From positions 24,676,001 to 24,740,000 of the forward strand of contig OZ059900.1 of assembly GCA_964057225.1 (NCBI GenBank): a stretch of DNA of 64,000 nt. Reading direction: 5' to 3'. This document shows, piece by piece, positions 43,001-57,275 of this stretch. The first letter of the stretch is position 1, and the number at the start of each line of letters is the position of its first letter. Source of the DNA: Auanema rhodensis (taxonomy: Eukaryota; Animalia; Nematoda). The position numbers and the translations under genes were made by a program. The notes beneath the pieces are model-generated. The model had not been told where the DNA came from and did not search any database. It saw nothing but the letters and a program-made list of their open reading frames with translations.

Positions 43001-46000
43001 TGCTAATTTCCTTAGTTTTCTAACCCCTGTTTTTTTGTCGTGAAAGTGGAACTAGACGTTGTACGAACAATTTTGAGCTAGGTTTCATTGACATTGCATG
43101 AGTTTGAACACATGAAATCGTAAGTCAAAACCTTGTTTACAGCGAAATTTCCAAAAACTGGTTTTCCAGCATAATAAAATATTTCTCATGGGAAATACTG
43201 TGTTTTTGTATTTTTATAGTGTTCAGCATGTAAAATGCTTCATTTTAGTATGTAACACGCTGAAATTCGTTGCATTTGACGACTCATATGAACAAAAATC
43301 GATTTAATCAATATTAGCCACAAGGGGCGTGCCCTCAGAATATGCTAATTTCCTTAATTTTCTAACCCTTGTTTTTTCGTCGTGAAAGTGGAACTAGACG
43401 TTGTACGAACAATTTTGAGCTAGGTTTCATTGACATTGCATGAGTTTGAACACATGAAATCGTAAGTCAAAACCTTGTTTACAGCGAAATTTCCAAAAAC
43501 TGGTTTTCCAGCATAATAAAATATTTCTCATGGGAAATACTGTGTTTTTGTATTTTTCTAGTGTTCAGCATGTAAAATGCTTCATTTTAGTATGTAACAC
43601 GCTGAAATTCGTTGCATTTGACGACTCATATGAACAAAAATCGATTTAATCAATATTAGCCATAAGGGGCGTGCCCTCAGAATATGCTAATTTCCTTAAT
43701 TTTCTAACCCCTGTTTTTTTGTCGTGAAAGTGGAACTAGACGTTGTACGAACAATTTTGAGCTAGGTTTCATTGACATTGCATGAGTTTGAACACATGAA
43801 ATCGTAAGTCAAAACCTTGTTTACAGCGAAATTTCCAAAAACTGGTTTTCCAGCATAATAAAATATTTCTCATGGGAAATACTGTGTTTTTGTATTTTTC
43901 TAGTGTTCAGCATGTAAAATGCTTCATTTTAGTATGTAACACGCTGAAATTCGTTGCATTTGACGACTCATATGAACAAAAATCGATTTAATCAATATTA
44001 GCCATAAGGGGCGTGCCCTCAGAATATGCTAATTTCCTTAATTTTCTAACCCCTGTTTTTTTGTCGTGAAAGTGGAACTAAACGTTGTACGAACAATTTT
44101 GAGCTATGTTTCATTGACATTGCATGAGTTTGAACACATGAAATCGTAAGTCAAAACCTTGTTTACAGCGAAATTTCCAAAAACTGGTTTTCCAGCATAA
44201 TAAAATATTTCTCATGGGAAATACTGTGTTTTTGTATTTTTCTAGTGTTCAGCATGTAAAATGCTTCATTTTAGTATGTAACACGCTGAAAGTCGTTGCA
44301 TTTGACGACTCATATGAACAAAAATCGATTTAATCAATATTAGCCATAAGGGGCGTGCCCTCAGAATATGCTAATTTCCTTAATTTTCTAACCCCTGTTT
44401 TTTTGTCGTGAAAGTGGAACTAGACGTTGTACGAACAATTTTGAGCTAGGTTTCATTGACATTGCATGAGTTTGAACACATGAAATCGTAAGTCAAAACC
44501 TTGTTTACAGCGAAATTTCCAAAAACTGGTTTTCCAGCATAATAAAATATTTCTCATGGGAAATACTGTGTTTTTGTATTTTTCTAGTGTTCAGCATGTA
44601 AAATGCTTCATTTTAGTATGTAACACGCTGAAATTCGTTGCATTTGACGACTCATATGAACAAAAATCGATTTAATCAATATTAGCCATAAAGGGCGTGC
44701 CCTCAGAATATGCTAATTTCCTTAATTTTCTAACCCTTGTTTTTTTGTCGTGAAAGTGGAACTAGACGTTGTACGAACAATTTTGAGCTAGGTTTCATTG
44801 ACATTGCATGAGTTTGAACACATGAAATCGTAAGTCAAAACCTTGTTTACAGCGAAATTTCCAAAAACTGGTTTTCCAGCATAATAAAATATTTCTCATG
44901 GGAAATACTGTGTTTTTGTATTTTTCTAGTGTTCAGCATGTAAAATGCTTCATTTTAGTATGTAACATGCTGAAATTCGTTGCATTTGACGACTCATATG
45001 AACAAAAATCGATTTAATCAATATTAGCCATAAGGGGCGTGCCCTCAGAATATGCTAATTTCCTTAATTTTCTAACCCCTGTTTTTTTGTCGTGAAAGTG
45101 GAACTAGACGTTGTACGAACAATTTTGAGCTAGGTTTCATTGACATTGCATGAGTTTGAACACATGAAATCGTAAGTCAAAACCTTGTTTACAGCGAAAT
45201 TTCCAAAAACTGGTTTTCCAGCATAATAAAATATTTCTCATGGGAAATACTGTGTTTTTGTATTTTTCTAGTGTTCAGCATGTAAAATGCTTCATTTTAG
45301 TATGTAACATGCTGAAATTCGTTGCATTTGACGACTCATATGAACAAAAATCGATTTAATCAATATTAGCCATAAGGGGCGTGCCCTCAGAATATGCTAA
45401 TTTCCTTAATTTTCTAACCCCTGTTTTTTTGTCGTGAAAGTGGAACTAGACGTTGTACGAACAATTTTGAGCTAGGTTTCATTGACATTGCATGAGTTTG
45501 AACACATGAAATCGTAAGTCAAAACCTTGTTTACAGCGAAATTTCCAAAAACTGGTTTTCCAGCATAATAAAATATTTCTCATGGGAAATACTGTGTTTT
45601 TGTATTTTTCTAGTGTTCAGCATGTAAAATGCTTCATTTTAGTATGTAACACGCTGAAATTCGTTGCATTTGACGACTCATATGAACAAAAATCGATTTA
45701 ATCAATATTAGCCATAAGGGGCGTGCCCTCAGAATATGCTAATTTCCTTAAATTTCTAACCCCTGTTTTTTTGTCGTGAAAGTGGAACTAGACGTTGTAC
45801 GAACAATTTTGAGCTAGGTTTCATTGACATTGCATGAGTTTGAACACATGAAATCGTAAGTCAAAACCTTGTTTACAGCGAAATTTCCAAAAACTGGTTT
45901 TCCAGCATAATAAAATATTTCTCATGGGAAATACTGTGTTTTTGTATTTTTCTAGTGTTCAGCATGTAAAATGCTTCATTTTAGTATGTAACACGCTGAA

Positions 46001-47351
46001 ATTCGTTGCATTTGACGACTCATATGAACAAAAATCGATTTAATCAATATTAGCCATAAGGGGCGTGCCCTCAGAATATGCTAATTTCCTTAATTTTCTA
46101 ACCCTTGTTTTTTTGTCGTGAAAGTGGAACTAGACGTTGTACGAACAATTTTGAGCTAGGTTTCATTGACATTGCATGAGTTTGAACACATGAAATCGTA
46201 AGTCAAAACCTTGTTTACAGCGAAATTTCCAAAAACTGGTTTTCCAGCATAATAAAATATTTCTCATGGGAAATACTGTGTTTTTGTATTTTTCTAGTGT
46301 TCAGCATGTAAAATGCTTCATTTTAGTATGTAACATGCTGAAATTCGTTGCATTTGACGACTCATATGAACAAAAATCGATTTAATCAATATTAGCCATA
46401 AGGGGCGTGCCCTCAGAATATGCTAATTTCCTTAATTTTCTAACCCCTGTTTTTTTGTCGTGAAAGTGGAACTAGACGTTGTACGAACAATTTTGAGCTA
46501 GGTTTCATTGACATTGCATGAGTTTGAACACATGAAATCGTAAGTCAAAACCTTGTTTACAGCGAAATTTCCAAAAACTGGTTTTCCAGCATAATAAAAT
46601 ATTTCTCATGGGAAATACTGTGTTTTTGTATTTTTCTAGTGTTCAGCATGTAAAATGCTTCATTTTAGTATGTAACACGCTGAAATTCGTTGCATTTGAC
46701 GACTCATATGAACAAAAATCGATTTAATCAATATTAGCCATAAGGGGCGTGCCCTCAGAATATGCTAATTTCCTTAATTTTCTAACCCCTGTTTTTTTGT
46801 CGTGAAAGTGGAACTAGACGTTGTACGAACAATTTTGAGCTAGGTTTCATTGACATTGCATGAGTTTGAACACATGAAATCGTAAGTCAAAACCTTGTTT
46901 ACAGCGAAATTTCCAAAAACTGGTTTTCCAGCATAATAAAATATTTCTCATGGGAAATACTGTGTTTTTGTATTTTTCTAGTGTTCAGCATGTAAAATGC
47001 TTCATTTTAGTATGTAACACGCTGAAATTCGTTGCATTTGACGACTCATATGAACAAAAATCGATTTAATCAATATTAGCCATAAGGGGCGTGCCCTCAG
47101 AATATGCTAATTTCCTTAATTTTCTAACCCTTGTTTTTTTGTCGTGAAAGTGGAACTAGACGTTGTACGAACAATTTTGAGCTAGGTTTCATTGACATTG
47201 CATGAGTTTGAACACATGAAATCGTAAGTCAAAACCTTGTTTACAGCGAAATTTCCAAAAACTGGTTTTCCAGCATAATAAAATATTTCTCATGGGAAAT
47301 ACTGTGTTTTTGTATTTTTCTAGTGTTCAGCATGTAAAATGCTTCATTTTA

Positions 47352-47355
47352 GTGT
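47352..47355 (+). other. 2-bp GT duplication making monomer 139 344 bp long
   Basis: TTTTAGTGTATGTAAC versus consensus TTTTAGTATGTAAC; the downstream phase shifts by 2. Confidence 0.97.
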
Positions 47356-50300
47356 ATGTAACACGCTGAAATTCGTTGCATTTGACGACTCATATGAACA
47401 AAAATCGATTTAATCAATATTAGCCATAAGGGGCGTGCCCTCAGAATATGCTAATTTCCTTAATTTTCTAACCCCTGTTTTTTTGTCGTGAAAGTGGAAC
47501 TAGACGTTGTACGAACAATTTTGAGCTATGTTTCATTGACATTGCATGAGTTTGAACACATGAAATCGTAAGTCAAAACCTTGTTTACAGCGAAATTTCC
47601 AAAAACTGGTTTTCCAGCATAATAAAATATTTCTCATGGGAAATACTGTGTTTTTGTATTTTTCTAGTGTTCAGCATGTAAAATGCTTCATTTTAGTATG
47701 TAACACGCTGAAATTCGTTGCATTTGACGACTCATATGAACAAAAATCGATTTAATCAATATTAGCCATAAGGGGCGTGCCCTCAGAATATGCTAATTTC
47801 CTTAATTTTCTAACCCCTGTTTTTTTGTCGTGAAAGTGGAACTAGACGTTGTACGAACAATTTTGAGCTAGGTTTCATTGACATTGCATGAGTTTGAACA
47901 CATGAAATCGTAAGTCAAAACCTTGTTTACAGCGAAATTTCCAAAAACTGGTTTTCCAGCATAATAAAATATTTCTCATGGGAAATACTGTGTTTTTGTA
48001 TTTTTCTAGTGTTCAGCATGTAAAATGCTTCATTTTAGTATGTAACACGCTGAAATTCGTTGCATTTGACGACTCTGATGAACAAAAATCGATTTAATCA
48101 ATATTAGCCATAAGGGGCGTGCCCTCAGAATATGCTAATTTCCTTAATTTTCTAACCCCTGTTTTTTTGTCGTGAAAGTGGAACTAGACGTTGTACGAAC
48201 AATTTTGAGCTAGGTTTCATTGACATTGCATGAGTTTGAACACATGAAATCGTAAGTCAAAACCTTGTTTACAGCGAAATTTCCAAAAACTGGTTTTCCA
48301 GCATAATAAAATATTTCTCATGGGAAATACTGTGTTTTTGTATTTTTCTAGTGTTCAGCATGTAAAATGCTTCATTTTAGTATGTAACACGCTGAAATTC
48401 GTTGCATTTGACGACTCATATGAACAAAAATCGATTTAATCAATATTAGCCATAAGGGGCGTGCCCTCAGAATATGCTAATTTCCTTAGTTTTCTAACCC
48501 CTGTTTTTTTGTCGTGAAAGTGGAACTAGACGTTGTACGAACAATTTTGAGCTAGGTTTCATTGACATTGCATGAGTTTGAACACATGAAATCGTAAGTC
48601 AAAACCTTGTTTACAGCGAAATTTCCAAAAACTGGTTTTCCAGCATAATAAAATATTTCTCATGGGAAATACTGTGTTTTTGTATTTTTATAGTGTTCAG
48701 CATGTAAAATGCTTCATTTTAGTATGTAACACGCTGAAATTCGTTGCATTTGACGACTCATATGAACAAAAATCGATTTAATCAATATTAGCCATAAGGG
48801 GCGTGCCCTCAGAATATGCTAATTTCCTTAATTTTCTAACCCTTGTTTTTTCGTCGTGAAAGTGGAACTAGACGTTGTACGAACAATTTTGAGCTAGGTT
48901 TCATTGACATTGCATGAGTTTGAACACATGAAATCGTAAGTCAAAACCTTGTTTACAGCGAAATTTCCAAAAACTGGTTTTCCAGCATAATAAAATATTT
49001 CTCATGGGAAATACTGTGTTTTTGTATTTTTCTAGTGTTCAGCATGTAAAATGCTTCATTTTAGTATGTAACACGCTGAAATTCGTTGCATTTGACGACT
49101 CATATGAACAAAAATCGATTTAATCAATATTAGCCATAAGGGGCGTGCCCTCAGAATATGCTAATTTCCTTAATTTTCTAACCCCTGTTTTTTTGTCGTG
49201 AAAGTGGAACTAGACGTTGTACGAACAATTTTGAGCTAGGTTTCATTGACATTGCATGAGTTTGAACACATGAAATCGTAAGTCAAAACCTTGTTTACAG
49301 CGAAATTTCCAAAAACTGGTTTTCCAGCATAATAAAATATTTCTCATGGGAAATACTGTGTTTTTGTATTTTTCTAGTGTTCAGCATGTAAAATGCTTCA
49401 TTTTAGTATGTAACACGCTGAAATTCGTTGCATTTGACGACTCATATGAACAAAAATCGATTTAATCAATATTAGCCATAAGGGGCGTGCCCTCAGAATA
49501 TGCTAATTTCCTTAATTTTCTAACCCCTGTTTTTTTGTCGTGAAAGTGGAACTAAACGTTGTACAAACAATTTTGAGCTATGTTTCATTGACATTGCATG
49601 AGTTTGAACACATGAAATCGTAAGTCAAAACCTTGTTTACAGCGAAATTTCCAAAAACTGGTTTTCCAGCATAATAAAATATTTCTCATGGGAAATACTG
49701 TGTTTTTGTATTTTTCTAGTGTTCAGCATGTAAAATGCTTCATTTTAGTATGTAACACGCTGAAAGTCGTTGCATTTGACGACTCATATGAACAAAAATC
49801 GATTTAATCAATATTAGCCATAAGGGGCGTGCCCTCAGAATATGCTAATTTCCTTAATTTTCTAACCCCTGTTTTTTTGTCGTGAAAGTGGAACTAGACG
49901 TTGTACGAACAATTTTGAGCTAGGTTTCATTGACATTGCATGAGTTTGAACACATGAAATCGTAAGTCAAAACCTTGTTTACAGCGAAATTTCCAAAAAC
50001 TGGTTTTCCAGCATAATAAAATATTTCTCATGGGAAATACTGTGTTTTTGTATTTTTCTAGTGTTCAGCATGTAAAATGCTTCATTTTAGTATGTAACAC
50101 GCTGAAATTCGTTGCATTTGACGACTCATATGAACAAAAATCGATTTAATCAATATTAGCCATAAAGGGCGTGCCCTCAGAATATGCTAATTTCCTTAAT
50201 TTTCTAACCCTTGTTTTTTTGTCGTGAAAGTGGAACTAGACGTTGTACGAACAATTTTGAGCTAGGTTTCATTGACATTGCATGAGTTTGAACACATGAA

Positions 50301-53300
50301 ATCGTAAGTCAAAACCTTGTTTACAGCGAAATTTCCAAAAACTGGTTTTCCAGCATAATAAAATATTTCTCATGGGAAATACTGTGTTTTTGTATTTTTC
50401 TAGTGTTCAGCATGTAAAATGCTTCATTTTAGTATGTAACATGCTGAAATTCGTTGCATTTGACGACTCATATGAACAAAAATCGATTTAATCAATATTA
50501 GCCATAAGGGGCGTGCCCTCAGAATATGCTAATTTCCTTAATTTTCTAACCCCTGTTTTTTTGTCGTGAAAGTGGAACTAGACGTTGTACGAACAATTTT
50601 GAGCTAGGTTTCATTGACATTGCATGAGTTTGAACACATGAAATCGTAAGTCAAAACCTTGTTTACAGCGAAATTTCCAAAAACTGGTTTTCCAGCATAA
50701 TAAAATATTTCTCATGGGAAATACTGTGTTTTTGTATTTTTCTAGTGTTCAGCATGTAAAATGCTTCATTTTAGTATGTAACATGCTGAAATTCGTTGCA
50801 TTTGACGACTCATATGAACAAAAATCGATTTAATCAATATTAGCCATAAGGGGCGTGCCCTCAGAATATGCTAATTTCCTTAATTTTCTAACCCCTGTTT
50901 TTTTGTCGTGAAAGTGGAACTAGACGTTGTACGAACAATTTTGAGCTAGGTTTCATTGACATTGCATGAGTTTGAACACATGAAATCGTAAGTCAAAACC
51001 TTGTTTACAGCGAAATTTCCAAAAACTGGTTTTCCAGCATAATAAAATATTTCTCATGGGAAATACTGTGTTTTTGTATTTTTCTAGTGTTCAGCATGTA
51101 AAATGCTTCATTTTAGTATGTAACACGCTGAAATTCGTTGCATTTGACGACTCATATGAACAAAAATCGATTTAATCAATATTAGCCATAAGGGGCGTGC
51201 CCTCAGAATATGCTAATTTCCTTAAATTTCTAACCCCTGTTTTTTTGTCGTGAAAGTGGAACTAGACGTTGTACGAACAATTTTGAGCTAGGTTTCATTG
51301 ACATTGCATGAGTTTGAACACATGAAATCGTAAGTCAAAACCTTGTTTACAGCGAAATTTCCAAAAACTGGTTTTCCAGCATAATAAAATATTTCTCATG
51401 GGAAATACTGTGTTTTTGTATTTTTCTAGTGTTCAGCATGTAAAATGCTTCATTTTAGTATGTAACACGCTGAAATTCGTTGCATTTGACGACTCATATG
51501 AACAAAAATCGATTTAATCAATATTAGCCATAAGGGGCGTGCCCTCAGAATATGCTAATTTCCTTAATTTTCTAACCCTTGTTTTTTTGTCGTGAAAGTG
51601 GAACTAGACGTTGTACGAACAATTTTGAGCTAGGTTTCATTGACATTGCATGAGTTTGAACACATGAAATCGTAAGTCAAAACCTTGTTTACAGCGAAAT
51701 TTCCAAAAACTGGTTTTCCAGCATAATAAAATATTTCTCATGGGAAATACTGTGTTTTTGTATTTTTCTAGTGTTCAGCATGTAAAATGCTTCATTTTAG
51801 TATGTAACATGCTGAAATTCGTTGCATTTGACGACTCATATGAACAAAAATCGATTTAATCAATATTAGCCATAAGGGGCGTGCCCTCAGAATATGCTAA
51901 TTTCCTTAATTTTCTAACCCCTGTTTTTTTGTCGTGAAAGTGGAACTAGACGTTGTACGAACAATTTTGAGCTAGGTTTCATTGACATTGCATGAGTTTG
52001 AACACATGAAATCGTAAGTCAAAACCTTGTTTACAGCGAAATTTCCAAAAACTGGTTTTCCAGCATAATAAAATATTTCTCATGGGAAATACTGTGTTTT
52101 TGTATTTTTCTAGTGTTCAGCATGTAAAATGCTTCATTTTAGTATGTAACACGCTGAAATTCGTTGCATTTGACGACTCATATGAACAAAAATCGATTTA
52201 ATCAATATTAGCCATAAGGGGCGTGCCCTCAGAATATGCTAATTTCCTTAATTTTCTAACCCCTGTTTTTTTGTCGTGAAAGTGGAACTAGACGTTGTAC
52301 GAACAATTTTGAGCTAGGTTTCATTGACATTGCATGAGTTTGAACACATGAAATCGTAAGTCAAAACCTTGTTTACAGCGAAATTTCCAAAAACTGGTTT
52401 TCCAGCATAATAAAATATTTCTCATGGGAAATACTGTGTTTTTGTATTTTTCTAGTGTTCAGCATGTAAAATGCTTCATTTTAGTATGTAACACGCTGAA
52501 ATTCGTTGCATTTGACGACTCATATGAACAAAAATCGATTTAATCAATATTAGCCATAAGGGGCGTGCCCTCAGAATATGCTAATTTCCTTAATTTTCTA
52601 ACCCTTGTTTTTTTGTCGTGAAAGTGGAACTAGACGTTGTACGAACAATTTTGAGCTAGGTTTCATTGACATTGCATGAGTTTGAACACATGAAATCGTA
52701 AGTCAAAACCTTGTTTACAGCGAAATTTCCAAAAACTGGTTTTCCAGCATAATAAAATATTTCTCATGGGAAATACTGTGTTTTTGTATTTTTCTAGTGT
52801 TCAGCATGTAAAATGCTTCATTTTAGTATGTAACATGCTGAAATTCGTTGCATTTGACGACTCATATGAACAAAAATCGATTTAATCAATATTAGCCATA
52901 AGGGGCGTGCCCTCAGAATATGCTAATTTCCTTAATTTTCTAACCCCTGTTTTTTTGTCGTGAAAGTGGAACTAGACGTTGTACGAACAATTTTTAGCTA
53001 GGTTTCATTGACATTGCATGAGTTTGAACACATGAAATCGTAAGTCAAAACCTTGTTTACAGCGAAATTTCCAAAAACTGGTTTTCCAGCATAATAAAAT
53101 ATTTCTCATGGGAAATACTGTGTTTTTGTATTTTTCTAGTGTTCAGCATGTAAAATGCTTCATTTTAGTATGTAACACGCTGAAATTCGTTGCATTTGAC
53201 GACTCATATGAACAAAAATCGATTTAATCAATATTAGCCATAAGGGGCGTGCCCTCAGAATATGCTAATTTCCTTAATTTTCTAACCCCTGTTTTTTTGT

Positions 53301-56300
53301 CGTGAAAGTGGAACTAGACGTTGTACGAACAATTTTGAGCTAGGTTTCATTGACATTGCATGAGTTTGAACACATGAAATCGTAAGTCAAAACCTTGTTT
53401 ACAGCGAAATTTCCAAAAACTGGTTTTCCAGCATAATAAAATATTTCTCATGGGAAATACTGTGTTTTTGTATTTTTCTAGTGTTCAGCATGTAAAATGC
53501 TTCATTTTAGTATGTAACACGCTGAAATTCGTTGCATTTGACGACTCATATGAACAAAAATCGATTTAATCAATATTAGCCATAAGGGGCGTGCCCTCAG
53601 AATATGCTAATTTCCTTAATTTTCTAACCCTTGTTTTTTTGTCGTGAAAGTGGAACTAGACGTTGTACGAACAATTTTGAGCTAGGTTTCATTGACATTG
53701 CATGAGTTTGAACACATGAAATCGTAAGTCAAAACCTTGTTTACAGCGAAATTTCCAAAAACTGGTTTTCCAGCATAATAAAATATTTCTCATGGGAAAT
53801 ACTGTGTTTTTGTATTTTTCTAGTGTTCAGCATGTAAAATGCTTCATTTTAGTATGTAACATGCTGAAATTCGTTGCATTTGACGACTCATATGAACAAA
53901 AATCGATTTAATCAATATTAGCCATAAGGGGCGTGCCCTCAGAATATGCTAATTTCCTTAATTTTCTAACCCCTGTTTTTTTGTCGTGAAAGTGGAACTA
54001 GACGTTGTACGAACAATTTTGAGCTAGGTTCCATTGACATTGCATGAGTTTGAACACATGAAATCGTAAGTCAAAACCTTGTTTACAGCGAAATTTCCAA
54101 AAACTGGTTTTCCAGCATAATAAAATATTTCTCATGGGAAATACTGTGTTTTTGTATTTTTCTAGTGTTCAGCATGTAAAATGCTTCATTTTAGTATGTA
54201 ACACGCTGAAATTCGTTGCATTTGACGACTCATATGAACAAAAATCGATTTAATCAATATTAGCCATAAGGGGCGTGCCCTCAGAATATGCTAATTTCCT
54301 TAATTTTCTAACCCCTGTTTTTTTGTCGTGAAAGTGGAACTAGACGTTGTACGAACAATTTTGAGCTAGGTTTCATTGACATTGCATGAGTTTGAACACA
54401 TGAAATCGTAAGTCAAAACCTTGTTTACAGCGAAATTTCCAAAAACTGGTTTTCCAGCATAATAAAATATTTCTCATGGGAAATACTGTGTTTTTGTATT
54501 TTTCTAGTGTTCAGCATGTAAAATGCTTCATTTTAGTATGTAACATGCTGAAATTCGTTGCATTTGACGACTCATATGAACAAAAATCGATTTAATCAAT
54601 ATTAGCCATAAGGGGCGTGCCCTCAGAATATGCTAATTTCCTTAATTTTCTAACCCCTGTTTTTTTGTCGTGAAAGTGGAACTAGACGTTGTACGAACAA
54701 TTTTGAGCTAGGTTTCATTGACATTGCATGAGTTTGAACACATGAAATCGTAAGTCAAAACCTTGTTTACAGCGAAATTTCCAAAAACTGGTTTTCCAGC
54801 ATAATAAAATATTTCTCATGGGAAATACTGTGTTTTTGTATTTTTCTAGTGTTCAGCATGTAAAATGCTTCATTTTAGTATGTACCACGCTGAAATTCGT
54901 TGCATTTGACGACTCATATGAACAAAAATCGATTTAATCAATATTAGCCATAAGGGGCGTGCCCTCAGAATATGCTAATTTCCTTAATTTTCTAACCCCT
55001 GTTTTTTTGTCGTGAAAGTGGAACTAGACGTTGTACGAACAATTTTGAGCTAGGTTTCATTGACATTGCATGAGTTTGAACACATGAAATCGTAAGTCAA
55101 AACCTTGTTTACAGCGAAATTTCCAAAAACTGGTTTTCCAGCATAATAAAATATTTCTCATGGGAAATACTGTGTTTTTGTATTTTTCTAGTGTTCAGCA
55201 TGTAAAATGCTTCATTTTAGTATGTAACACGCTGAAATTCGTTGCATTTGACGACTCATATGAACAAAAATCGATTTAATCAATATTAGCCATAAGGGGC
55301 GTGCCCTCAGAATATGCTAATTTCCTTAATTTTCTAACCCTTGTTTTTTTGTCGTGAAAGTGGAACTAGACGTTGTACGAACAATTTTGAGCTAGGTTTC
55401 ATTGACATTGCATGAGTTTGAACACATGAAATCGTAAGTCAAAACCTTGTTTACAGCGAAATTTCCAAAAACTGGTTTTCCAGCATAATAAAATATTTCT
55501 CATGGGAAATACTGTGTTTTTGTATTTTTCTAGTGTTCAGCATGTAAAATGCTTCATTTTAGTATGTAACATGCTGAAATTCGTTGCATTTGACGACTCA
55601 TATGAACAAAAATCGATTTAATCAATATTAGCCATAAGGGGCGTGCCCTCAGAATATGCTAATTTCCTTAATTTTCTAACCCCTGTTTTTTTGTCGTGAA
55701 AGTGGAACTAGACGTTGTACGAACAATTTTGAGCTAGGTTTCATTGACATTGCATGAGTTTGAACACATGAAATCGTAAGTCAAAACCTTGTTTACAGCG
55801 AAATTTCCAAAAACTGGTTTTCCAGCATAATAAAATATTTCTCATGGGAAATACTGTGTTTTTGTATTTTTCTAGTGTTCAGCATGTAAAATGCTTCATT
55901 TTAGTATGTAACACGCTGAAATTCGTTGCATTTGACGACTCATATGAACAAAAATCGATTTAATCAATATTAGCCATAAGGGGCGTGCCCTCAGAATATG
56001 CTAATTTCCTTAATTTTCTAACCCCTGTTTTTTTGTCGTGAAAGTGGAACTAGACGTTGTACGAACAATTTTGAGCTAGGTTTCATTGACATTGCATGAG
56101 TTTGAACACATGAAATCGTAAGTCAAAACCTTGTTTACAGCGAAATTTCCAAAAACTGGTTTTCCAGCATAATAAAATATTTCTCATGGGAAATACTGTG
56201 TTTTTGTATTTTTCTAGTGTTCAGCATGTAAAATGCTTCATTTTAGTATGTAACATGCTGAAATTCGTTGCATTTGACGACTCATATGAACAAAAATCGA

Positions 56301-57271
56301 TTTAATCAATATTAGCCATAAGGGGCGTGCCCTCAGAATATGCTAATTTCCTTAATTTTCTAACCCCTGTTTTTTTGTCGTGAAAGTGGAACTAGACGTT
56401 GTACGAACAATTTTGAGCTAGGTTTCATTGACATTGCATGAGTTTGAACACATGAAATCGTAAGTCAAAACCTTGTTTACAGCGAAATTTCCAAAAACTG
56501 GTTTTCCAGCATAATAAAATATTTCTCATGGGAAATACTGTGTTTTTGTATTTTTCTAGTGTTCAGCATGTAAAATGCTTCATTTTAGTATGTAACACGC
56601 TGAAATTCGTTGCATTTGACGACTCATATGAACAAAAATCGATTTAATCAATATTAGCCATAAGGGGCGTGCCCTCAGAATATGCTAATTTCCTTAATTT
56701 TCTAACCCCTGTTTTTTTGTCGTGAAAGTGGAACTAGACGTTGTACGAACAATTTTGAGCTAGGTTTCATTGACATTGCATGAGTTTGAACACATGAAAT
56801 CGTAAGTCAAAACCTTGTTTACAGCGAAATTTCCAAAAACTGGTTTTCCAGCATAATAAAATATTTCTCATGTGAAATACTGTGTTTTTGTTTTTTTCTA
56901 GTGTTCAGCATGTAAAATGCTTCATTTTAGTATGTAACTCGCTGAAATTCGTTGCATTTGACGACTCATATGAACAAAAATCGATTTAATCAATATTAGC
57001 CATAAGGGGCGTGCCCTCAGAATATGCTAATTTCCTTAATTTTCTAACCCTTGTTTTTTTGTCGTGAAAGTGGAACTAGACGTTGTACGAACAATTTTGA
57101 GCTAGGTTTCATTGACATTGCATGAGTTTGAACACATGAAATCGTAAGTCAAAACCTTGTTTACAGCGAAATTTCCAAAAACTGGTTTTCCAGCATAATA
57201 AAATATTTCTCATGGGAAATACTGTGTTTTTGTATTTTTCTAGTGTTCAGCATGTAAAATGCTTCATTTTA

Positions 57272-57275
57272 GTGT
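57272..57275 (+). other. Same 2-bp GT duplication making monomer 168 344 bp long
   Basis: TTTTAGTGTATGTAAC; the downstream phase shifts by a further 2. Confidence 0.97.

Noticed and set aside
47352-57275. Two GT insertions as target-site duplications or footprints of a mobile element
   Set aside because: The intervening 9.9 kb is pure satellite, and the second insertion is explained by copying monomers 139-142.
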